Shown here one piece after another: positions 30,198-39,258 of a DNA stretch of 64,000 nt. How positions within the stretch are numbered: the first letter of the stretch is position 1; every line of letters begins with the position of its first letter. Position numbers and translations under genes: made by a program. The notes under the pieces are model-generated. The model was not told where the DNA came from, did not search any database, and saw nothing but the letters and a program-made list of their open reading frames with translations. Source of the DNA: a candidate division WOR-3 bacterium (lineage in GTDB: Bacteria > Hydrothermota > Hydrothermia > B15-G9 > WFZT01); the NCBI GenBank assembly GCA_027053075.1, contig JALUEE010000090.1, positions 10,392 to 74,391 on the forward strand, given 5' to 3'.

Positions 30198-30358
30198 CAG
30201 TCTCCGAATTCTTCGTAAAGTTTCTGATAATCTTCTGTATCAACGACGAATTGATTCAGCTTCTGGTCATCCCGATCGAAGATATTTTGTCTGTAACGTT
30301 GAAAATTTCTACCATTTCTTTTGAGTCTTCTCAGGTTTATGGTATTTTTGAGATTCAT
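30197..30358 (-). CDS. possible 54-aa basic small protein (MNLKNTINLRRLKRNGRNFQRYRQN...), TGATG-coupled to the methyltransferase gene
   Basis: Found by manual translation of the minus strand; below the 60-aa cutoff of the ORF track. Only a weak GAG Shine-Dalgarno. Confidence 0.25.
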   Translation of the reverse strand: MNLKNTINLRRLKRNGRNFQRYRQNIFDRDDQKLNQFVVDTEDYQKLYEEFGD

Positions 30359-30509
30359 TCTCAATTATCGCCGGATTTTATTGATTAATCAAGATTTCGA
30401 GAACGTGTTCGGAAACATCACCTCTGTTTATCCCTTTGTGGGTGTAAGTGGAGTGAGTAGAAAGATGATGTTAAAAATTAAGTAATTCAAGACTTTCCAG
30501 TTTGGACGA

Positions 30510-30720
30510 AACGAAACTCCCTCCCTTCCACTGGAAGGGAGGGCTGGGGTGGAATGGGGGAACAAAATTTCGAAATAATTCATTTTCCCACTCTCCCCTG
30601 GCCTCTCCTTCCTCGAGAAAAGGAGGGAAATTTACGCTGCAATTATCATTGATGGGATTCCGTTAGAAAATGTGGCAATCAAAATTCAGATTTTTCGAAC
30701 AAGCTTGAACCGATGTTTAT
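30510..30720. repeat. intergenic mosaic repeat copy C (long form)
   Basis: CCCTCCCTTCCA-CTGG-AAGGGAGGG perfect palindrome, GGGGTGGAATGG, CTCCCCT...GGAGGGAAATTTAC, GATTCCGTTAGAAAATGTGG and GATTTTTCGAACAAGCTTG blocks. Paralogous to 36484-36745. Confidence 0.7.
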
Positions 30721-30803
30721 ACATGTATGGTGAGTCAGGAAGTTTAGATGAGTCTAAAAAGCCAGGCAGTGCATTATAAGGGTGCATTATAATTTCGATT
30801 CTT

Positions 30804-32042
30804 ATGCACAGGGAGACGCGGAAAATCTTTGAGAATTTCTCCTGGATGTTACTCGGTCAGGTGGCCGGTCGGGTATTTGGCTTCTTTGCCATCATCTTTC
30901 TTGCCAGGAGACTCGGTAAGAGTGCCTATGGTATGTGGGCTTTTGCATTCGCACTGCTTTCCTACGGCATGCTCCTAACGGATTTCGGACTCAGCACCTA
31001 CGGGTTGATCGAGGTTTCAAAAGACAGAAAAGCACTGAAAACACTCCTCGGAGATATCCTTTCCATCAGGCTTGTAATAGCATTTTTTCTACTCATCATC
31101 ATTGTTCCTTTCTCGCGGATTGTCCCAAAGCTCAGCTCAATGTCAGGCCTCTTATTCTTAACCTTCCTTAATCTCATCCCCTTTGCCCTCTCCTTAGATT
31201 GGGCGTTCAGAGCGCTGGAAGATATGAAGTTCGCTGCACTCTGGACGTTTATTTTTAATCTTTTATTCTTTTTGCTGATAATTTTTGTGGTTAGAAGTCC
31301 GTCAGATATTCTAAAAGTCCCATCCTCAAGATTCTTTTCACTTCTTATTGCTTCTGGTCTTCTTATTTACTTTCTCTGGAAAAGATACCCTGAGCTCTTT
31401 GCCTTCAATGTAAATTTCAGCAGATGGCCTGCCATTATGAAGGTTTCAGTTGTCCTTACGGCTTCCTTTGTCATGATTAAAATTTACTACAACATTGATG
31501 TACTGATGCTTGGATTTTACAGGACAATGAAGGAGGTGGGAGTTTACAGCGCAATTTACAACTTTGTCCTCGCCCTGTCAGTGGTGAGATTTTCGCTTCT
31601 CTATGCTGTGCAGCCTACACTTTCCCGGATTGAGCAGATACCCTGGAAGGATTATTCGAAAAAATTGTGGAAATTCGAGACAGTCTCCATAGCCATTGGG
31701 GTTCTTTTGTATCTTTTTGTTTTCGTTCTGGCAGGACCTATCATAAAGATTTTTTACGGTGGTAAATACACAAGTCCCGAAACAATAAAACTTTTAAGAA
31801 TTCTCATCAACGCCAACCTTATAATGTTCATAAACCTTGTTTTCCCCTCTCTTTTGATCATTGTGAAGAGGGAAATGCTCTACTTCTGGGTTACAACCGC
31901 TGGAGCGACCACAAACTTTTTATTAAATCTGTATCTGATACCGAGGTTTGGGTACTTTGGGGCTGCATACACGACTGTGCTCTCAGAATTTGTTGTATTT
32001 TTGCTGTCTTTTGTTTTATACTACCGCCTGATTAGACCATGA
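30804..32042 (+). CDS. MOP-superfamily (Wzx-like) polysaccharide/lipid-linked oligosaccharide flippase
   Basis: 412 aa with 12-14 TM helices and a Wzx-like N-terminal basic patch. Confidence 0.65.
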   Translation: MHRETRKIFENFSWMLLGQVAGRVFGFFAIIFLARRLGKSAYGMWAFAFALLSYGMLLTDFGLSTYGLIEVSKDRKALKTLLGDILSIRLVIAFFLLIIIVPFSRIVPKLSSMSGLLFLTFLNLIPFALSLDWAFRALEDMKFAALWTFIFNLLFFLLIIFVVRSPSDILKVPSSRFFSLLIASGLLIYFLWKRYPELFAFNVNFSRWPAIMKVSVVLTASFVMIKIYYNIDVLMLGFYRTMKEVGVYSAIYNFVLALSVVRFSLLYAVQPTLSRIEQIPWKDYSKKLWKFETVSIAIGVLLYLFVFVLAGPIIKIFYGGKYTSPETIKLLRILINANLIMFINLVFPSLLIIVKREMLYFWVTTAGATTNFLLNLYLIPRFGYFGAAYTTVLSEFVVFLLSFVLYYRLIRP

Positions 32043-32758
32043 AAGCATTTATTCTTGCAGCGGGAAAGGGTACACGACTTATGCCATTGACAGCCGAGAT
32101 TCCGAAGGCCCTGCTTGAGTTGAAAGAAGGCCTCACTCCACTGGATTTTCAGCTGAATCTACTCACCAAGTATGGGTTTTCCCCGGCGGATATTTTCATT
32201 ATCGGTGGTTATCGTTTTGAAAAACTCAAGAGATACGGTGAAATTGGAGTCAATCTTGTTTTTAATGAGAAATACGACAGTTTGAACAATATCTACACTT
32301 TTCTGCTTGCTTCAAATTTCACAAACGGTGAAGATTTTTTAATTTTGAATGTTGACACAATTTTTGATGAATCATTGCTCGATGAGCTTATAAAAACACC
32401 AGGAAGTGCAATGGTGGTGGATAACGTCAAGATTCTTGGTGATGAGGAAATGAAGGTCAAGATCGCTGATGGAAGAATTGTGGAGGTCAGTAAATTCATA
32501 CCACCTGAGAATGCCCATGGTGAATACATCGGGATTTCAAAATACTCGCACTCAGAGGCCACAGTGATATTCGACAAAATCAGGGATATGCTTGAAAATG
32601 GCGAGGGGCACAGATGGTATGAGGACGCAATAAATCTTGTTCTCGACAGGGTTGAGATATCACCTGTTTTCACAGAAGGTAAAAAGTGGATTGAAATTGA
32701 TACGCCGCAGGATTTAGAAATAGCGCGGGGGCTTGTTCATGATTTACAGAACGATTAA
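32039..32758 (+). CDS. LicC/IPCT-type alcohol-phosphate cytidylyltransferase (nucleotidyltransferase fold)
   Basis: MKAFILAAGKGTRLMPLT..PKALL, LVFNEKYDSLNNIYTFLL and WIEIDTPQDL are nearly colinear with S. pneumoniae LicC. ATGA overlap with the flippase gene. Confidence 0.8.
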   Translation: MKAFILAAGKGTRLMPLTAEIPKALLELKEGLTPLDFQLNLLTKYGFSPADIFIIGGYRFEKLKRYGEIGVNLVFNEKYDSLNNIYTFLLASNFTNGEDFLILNVDTIFDESLLDELIKTPGSAMVVDNVKILGDEEMKVKIADGRIVEVSKFIPPENAHGEYIGISKYSHSEATVIFDKIRDMLENGEGHRWYEDAINLVLDRVEISPVFTEGKKWIEIDTPQDLEIARGLVHDLQND

Positions 32759-33776
32759 CATTCCGGTTTTTCTGGAAATCGGTGAGGGTATCCTTGAAGA
32801 CTTTAATGGAATTTTAAAAAAACATAATCTCTCCTTTTCTCGTCCATTGATTCTCACAGGTGAGAAAAGCTCAAAAGTTCTTGCAGGATTTGATTTTTTT
32901 AATAGATTTGAAAAGCTATTCATCCGGGAAAACGACCTTGAAACTTTGCTCGTGATAAAAAGTGACATTTACGGTAAAGGTTACGATCTGTTACTCGCGT
33001 GCGGAGGTGGAAGGGTAATTGATAGTGGAAAGTTTCTCTCCCTCGAGACTTCCCTGCCACTTGTTGCTATTCCAACAATCTTATCGAGCGACAGCGTGTC
33101 ATCGCCAATAAGTATTCTTAAAGATAACCATGGAACGAGGAGCATGGGGACAGTTATGCCAATGGGGGTTTTAATTGATGTACAGATAATCAGGACTTCG
33201 CCCGAGATTTACCTAAAAGCGGGATTGGGTGACCTTATGTCCAATCTGTCATCTGCTTATGACTGGGAGCTTGCTTACAAACGAGGTTTTGAAAGAATCG
33301 ATAACTTCTCGAGGATGCTCGCCCTTTTGCCCGCTCAGCGGATTCTTCTCAAAACCGATGGGTACAAGGGGTTAAAAGACGAGGAGCTACTTGCTGATCT
33401 TGCCGAAGGACTGGTGCTCAGCGGAATTTCAATGGCTATAGCCGGGAGTTCAAGGCCTGCCAGTGGAAGTGAGCACAATATCAGCCATAGCCTTGACAGG
33501 ATACTCGGGCAGCAAAAGAAACTTCACGGGCTGCAGGTAGGACTTGCTACCGTTCTTACCCTAATTCTTCAGGGGAATAGAGAGCAGGCCGATGTGCTTT
33601 CGCAATTGTATAAGAAGACTGGCTTCCCTTTGAATTTAAAGGAGCTTGATATCTCCTGTGAAGATTTCGAGAAGGCCCTTGAAATAGCACCAGGCCTGAG
33701 AGACAGATATACTGTCCTTAATGAAATCCCTATTGAGGAGCTGAAAGAAGTCGCAAGAGCCAGACTCTGCAAGTAA
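32733..33776 (+). CDS. egsA: sn-glycerol-1-phosphate dehydrogenase (EgsA/AraM family)
   Basis: GGGRVIDSGK, PTILSSDSVSSP, GLGDLMSNLSSAYDWELAYK and SSRPASGSEHNISHSLD match the archaeal G1PDH motif set; 347 aa. Overlaps the cytidylyltransferase gene by 26 nt. Confidence 0.8.
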   Translation: MFMIYRTINIPVFLEIGEGILEDFNGILKKHNLSFSRPLILTGEKSSKVLAGFDFFNRFEKLFIRENDLETLLVIKSDIYGKGYDLLLACGGGRVIDSGKFLSLETSLPLVAIPTILSSDSVSSPISILKDNHGTRSMGTVMPMGVLIDVQIIRTSPEIYLKAGLGDLMSNLSSAYDWELAYKRGFERIDNFSRMLALLPAQRILLKTDGYKGLKDEELLADLAEGLVLSGISMAIAGSSRPASGSEHNISHSLDRILGQQKKLHGLQVGLATVLTLILQGNREQADVLSQLYKKTGFPLNLKELDISCEDFEKALEIAPGLRDRYTVLNEIPIEELKEVARARLCK

Positions 33777-33780
33777 CCAC

Positions 33781-34698
33781 ATGTTTGATCCCATTTATCT
33801 TGAAGCCTACGAGACGGGCAGGCTAAAGGAAAAAGTGGAAGAGGCCCTTGAGTCTCTGAGTTCATGCGTAGCCTGTCCGATTGGATGTCGGGTGAATAGG
33901 CTCGAAGATGAGATTGGTGATTGCGGGGTTGGGAGATTTGCAATTCTTTCTTCCTATGGACCTCATTTCGGGGAAGAATCTGTGCTTGTCGGTTACCACG
34001 GCTCGGGTACGGTGTTCTTTGGAGGATGCAACCTCAGATGTGTTTACTGCCAGAACTATGATATAAGTCAGCTCAGATGGGGTAGAGCAGTGGACGCTAA
34101 AACCCTTGCAGGTGTGTTCCTCGAAATTCAGGATATGGGTTGTCATAACCTCAATCTCGTGAGTCCCACCCACGTGGTTCCCCAGATCCTCGAAGCACTT
34201 TTGATCGCTGTGGAGAAAGGTTTCAGGCTACCTCTTGTTTATAATACAGGTGGATATGACCACATAAGGACGTTGAAATTGCTCGACGGAATTGTTGATA
34301 TTTACATGCCCGATACGAAATATGGCGATTCTAAAAAGGGTTTAAAGTACTCAGGGGTTAAAAACTACTTTGAGATCAATAAGAGAAACCTGAGAGAAAT
34401 GCATCGGCAGGTAGGAGATTTGAGGATTGAAGAAGGTCTTGCCGTCAGAGGACTCCTAATTCGGCATCTTGTTTTACCGAACAATATTTCTGACTCTGAG
34501 AAGGTCATCGATTTTATAGCCGATGAACTCTCAAAAGATAGCTGGCTGAATCTCATGGATCAGTATTATCCTGCCTACAGAGCGATGGAGTACCCTGAAC
34601 TGTCCCGAAGGATTACACGGAGAGAATACTTCAGGCTTGTGGATTATGCATTAAACAAGGGAATTCACAGAGGAATTCCGTTTGATCATGCCCGATAA
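33781..34698 (+). CDS. radical SAM protein, PflX/COG1313 (AmmeMemoRadiSam-type) family
   Basis: CNLRCVYCQNYDIS cluster plus an N-terminal extra Cys motif SCVACPIGC. Confidence 0.7.
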   Translation: MFDPIYLEAYETGRLKEKVEEALESLSSCVACPIGCRVNRLEDEIGDCGVGRFAILSSYGPHFGEESVLVGYHGSGTVFFGGCNLRCVYCQNYDISQLRWGRAVDAKTLAGVFLEIQDMGCHNLNLVSPTHVVPQILEALLIAVEKGFRLPLVYNTGGYDHIRTLKLLDGIVDIYMPDTKYGDSKKGLKYSGVKNYFEINKRNLREMHRQVGDLRIEEGLAVRGLLIRHLVLPNNISDSEKVIDFIADELSKDSWLNLMDQYYPAYRAMEYPELSRRITRREYFRLVDYALNKGIHRGIPFDHAR

Positions 34699-34699
34699 A

Positions 34700-36163
<1,464 letters not shown>

Positions 36164-36171
36164 TTAAAAAG

Positions 36172-36243
36172 CTGGGGGGCAGGGATTCGAACCCCGACTA
36201 CCTGATCCAGAGTCAGGCGTCCTGCCGGTTAGACGACCCCCCA
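36172..36243 (-). tRNA. tRNA-Gln (anticodon CUG)
   Basis: U1-A72 acceptor pair, anticodon stem CCUGA/UCAGG, loop CUCUGGA, T-loop TTCGAAT; hand-folded. Confidence 0.7.
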
Positions 36244-36250
36244 AAATTTT

Positions 36251-36328
36251 TGGCAGCGCCACCGGGATTTGAACCCGGGTCTCCTGGCTGAGAACCAGGT
36301 ATCCTAGGCCGGACTAGACGATGGCGCC
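36251..36328 (-). tRNA. tRNA-Glu (anticodon CUC), CCA encoded
   Basis: UCGUCUAG D-arm as in tRNA-Glu, anticodon stem CCUGG/CCAGG, loop UUCUCAG, T-loop TTCAAAT; hand-folded. Confidence 0.7.
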
Positions 36329-36483
36329 GCGTGAAAGTGCTATATTTATAAACCACCACCCCATACCTGTCAATAGGAGGGGGTGTGTTTGAAAATGTTC
36401 CCCTGGTTATTTTGTAGCTATAGGTTAATAGATTGATCAGAAAAGTGAGGTTAAACAAGTTTCCTTAAGCATGTTAAGTAGCA

Positions 36484-36745
36484 AACTCCCTCCCTTCCGC
36501 TGGAAGGGAGGGTTGGGGTGGAATGGATAAATTTAATGATATCACTGTATGTTCTGAAATATCACTCCATTAGATATTCTAAATCTAAAGATTGTTAATC
36601 TTACCCCCATTCTCCCCTAACCCCTCCTTCCCCGGGGAAGGAGGGGAAATTTACCGACTGGTTTGCGATAATTAATGGAATTTTAAGAATCTTAAAAAGT
36701 GGAACTTAAATCGAGGATTTTTCGAACAGGCTCGTAGGAGGGGAG
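36484..36745. repeat. intergenic mosaic repeat copy D (long form with ~80-nt insertion)
   Basis: CCCTCCCTTCC-GC-TGGAAGGGAGGG, GGGGTGGAATGG, CCCTCCTTCCCC/GGGGAAGGAGGG 24-nt perfect palindrome, GGGGAAATTTACC and GATTTTTCGAACAGGCTCG. Confidence 0.7.
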
Positions 36746-37018
36746 TGTGTTTGAATAATTCCAACCCTAAAGATTGGTACCTGTAAGAAAGGTACATGTG
36801 ACTACTTTCTTTGTTTTGCCTGACTCTTAGGGTTGTGCAACCAGATATTCTTCTTCCGCAAAAAATTTATGCGAAGAGAGGAATTTCTTCGTGTAATTAG
36901 CAATGTATTTTTGAACTTGACGCAGGAGACTGGATTCAAAAATATTAAAAATTTTTAAATACCCGGCTTCTCTGTCACCTTTCACCCTCATTGAGGGGAC
37001 AATTGGGTTGACTTATAA

Positions 37019-37777
37019 TTGAAGTCCATGAGTGGTGATAAAGAATTAACCGTATGGGAACATCTTGAAGAGCTTCGTACACGTCTCATCAGAATAACCA
37101 TAGCGGTACTCGTCACGGGTATAGTTGGCTATATCTTTTCTGACTGGATTATTCACGTTGTGTCAAAGCCAGTTGGCACACTCTATTTCTTCTCACCTCC
37201 AGAGGCATTCATTATTCGACTGAAAATCCTCCTTTTCTCTGGCCTTTTTTTCTCAGCTCCCTACATGCTTTACGAACTCTGGAAGTTTGTGGAGCCCGGA
37301 CTCCTGCCCCATGAGAAAAAGTATGCCCTACCACTTATCCTGAGTGGCACAATTCTCTTTTACGTTGGCATTGCCTTTGGGCTTTTTATAGCTCTTCCCC
37401 TTGGAGTCAAAGTCCTCGTTGAATTTGGTGGAAAATACATGCAGGGGCTTTTCAACGCAAAAAGCTATTTTAATTTTGCCCTGCTTCTGCTTTTTAGCTT
37501 TGGAATTCTATTCGAGTTTCCAGTGGTGATCGTATTCCTTGCCCAGATTGGTGTGATAGACCCTTACAAACTGGCAAAGCAGAGAAAGTATGTCATCGTC
37601 GGAATATTCGTGGTTGCAGCCATCATCACACCCTCTGTTGATATGGTCACACAGCTTGTGCTTGCGATTCCTCTGATTTTTCTCTTCGAGATTTCCATAT
37701 TTTTCTCAAAGATGGTCCGAAAGAAACCCGCAGAAACCAGGGTAGAGAAGGAGAATGAGGTTACAGAGAACAAATGA
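37019..37777 (+). CDS. tatC: twin-arginine translocase subunit TatC
   Basis: LTVWEHLEELRTRLIR N-terminal signature and 6 TM helices. Confidence 0.85.
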   Translation: MKSMSGDKELTVWEHLEELRTRLIRITIAVLVTGIVGYIFSDWIIHVVSKPVGTLYFFSPPEAFIIRLKILLFSGLFFSAPYMLYELWKFVEPGLLPHEKKYALPLILSGTILFYVGIAFGLFIALPLGVKVLVEFGGKYMQGLFNAKSYFNFALLLLFSFGILFEFPVVIVFLAQIGVIDPYKLAKQRKYVIVGIFVVAAIITPSVDMVTQLVLAIPLIFLFEISIFFSKMVRKKPAETRVEKENEVTENK

Positions 37778-39255
37778 TACTTGTTGCCCTTTCACTGGTT
37801 CTCTATATCCTCTCTTTTCCACCATTTAGTGTTCCATTCCTGATATTCATCGCGTTTGTTCCGGCATTTTTAGCCATTGGCAAAATCTCTTACAAGAAGG
37901 CCTTCTGGTGGTTCTTTGCAGGAGGAGCAATCTTTTCTCTCATTCATGTTCACTGGATTTTAAATCTTCAGGTTCCTCCGGGCATAGAAAAGCTCCTTGT
38001 ACTTGGCCTCATTTTGATGATTGCATATCTCGGCGCTTTTTATGGAATTATAGGTGTTGCTTTCAAATATGGGGCCAAAAGCACAGCAGGATTTTTACTT
38101 TTCATCCCTTCCGCATGGGTTTTGATTGAATTTTTCCGTTCCTATGGTGACCTTGGATTCCCCTGGAATCCGCTCTGGGAAGCACTGCTTCACAACTTGA
38201 GTATTTATCAAATTGCAAGGTTCTGGGGACCCTTTGGTGTATCCTTCCTCATTATTCTCGTGAATGCTCTAATGGCTTATGGTTTACTTAAAAGAAGAAG
38301 GCTATTTGCCGCCGCAGGTTTCCTGATCATCGTGATGCTTCAATTTTGGGGAATCTATCTCAGGTCACAAACTTTTAAATCTACCAAATCTTTGAAAGTG
38401 GCTATCTTCCAGCCCAATGTATTACCTCGCTACGAGGACAACCCTGAAGAATGGAAAGAAACCTTTGCCGCCTATGATAGCCTGAACCGTCTTTTAAAAG
38501 ATTCGCCGGATTTAATAGTTTTTTCCGAGTCATCATTACCCGGATATTACAGGCTTTCAAGGAACTCAAAGGAAGTTGTCAGGAATGTTCTGGAAAGGCA
38601 TAAAAGTTACATTTTGCTTGGCACCGCCGATTACAAATTTGAGACTCGAGACAAATACAATCTTTATAACGCAGCATTTCTGATTTCACCCACCGGAGCG
38701 GTGATAGATAAATTTTACAAAACCCATCTTGTTCCATTTGGTGAGTGGTTGCCCTTTCAGGACAAATTCCCGTGGCTTGCTAATATCCACCTTGGCCAGG
38801 GTAACTACCTACCCGGGAAAAGATTCAGACCTCTGCAAGTGAAATGTGCAAGGCTTGGAGTTTTGATTTGCTTTGAATCCATTTTCCCGGAAATTGCAAG
38901 GAAAGAGGTAAACCTTGGGGCAAACCTGCTTGTCAACATAACAAACGACGGCTGGTTCGGGCGTTCTCTTGGCCCGCGAGAGCATTTTTATCTTGCTATC
39001 TTCAGGTCGATTGAGACCCAGAGGTATCTTGTAAGAGCTGCTAAAACAGGTATCTCAGCTATAGTGAGTCCAGAGGGGAAAATAGAGGAAAAACTCGACC
39101 AGTTTAAATTGGGGATTATTGAGAGGGAAGTTCCTCTCCTGAGGAATGAAACTTTTTATGTAAGGCATGGCAACTGGATGGTGTATTTATCGTTATTGAT
39201 GGCAATCATATTTCTGGCTTATAATTCAGTCAAAAGGCTAATCCACGGAGGTTAA
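37774..39255 (+). CDS. lnt: apolipoprotein N-acyltransferase
   Basis: N-terminal 6-TM domain plus a C-terminal CN-hydrolase domain (FSESSLPGY...ICFESIFPE). ATGA overlap with tatC. Confidence 0.85.
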   Translation: MILVALSLVLYILSFPPFSVPFLIFIAFVPAFLAIGKISYKKAFWWFFAGGAIFSLIHVHWILNLQVPPGIEKLLVLGLILMIAYLGAFYGIIGVAFKYGAKSTAGFLLFIPSAWVLIEFFRSYGDLGFPWNPLWEALLHNLSIYQIARFWGPFGVSFLIILVNALMAYGLLKRRRLFAAAGFLIIVMLQFWGIYLRSQTFKSTKSLKVAIFQPNVLPRYEDNPEEWKETFAAYDSLNRLLKDSPDLIVFSESSLPGYYRLSRNSKEVVRNVLERHKSYILLGTADYKFETRDKYNLYNAAFLISPTGAVIDKFYKTHLVPFGEWLPFQDKFPWLANIHLGQGNYLPGKRFRPLQVKCARLGVLICFESIFPEIARKEVNLGANLLVNITNDGWFGRSLGPREHFYLAIFRSIETQRYLVRAAKTGISAIVSPEGKIEEKLDQFKLGIIEREVPLLRNETFYVRHGNWMVYLSLLMAIIFLAYNSVKRLIHGG

Positions 39256-39258
39256 GAG

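Noticed and set aside
36213-36458. 81-aa minus-strand ORF
   Set aside because: Overlaps both tRNA genes (Gln and Glu). The translation reflects tRNA sequence, not coding signal.
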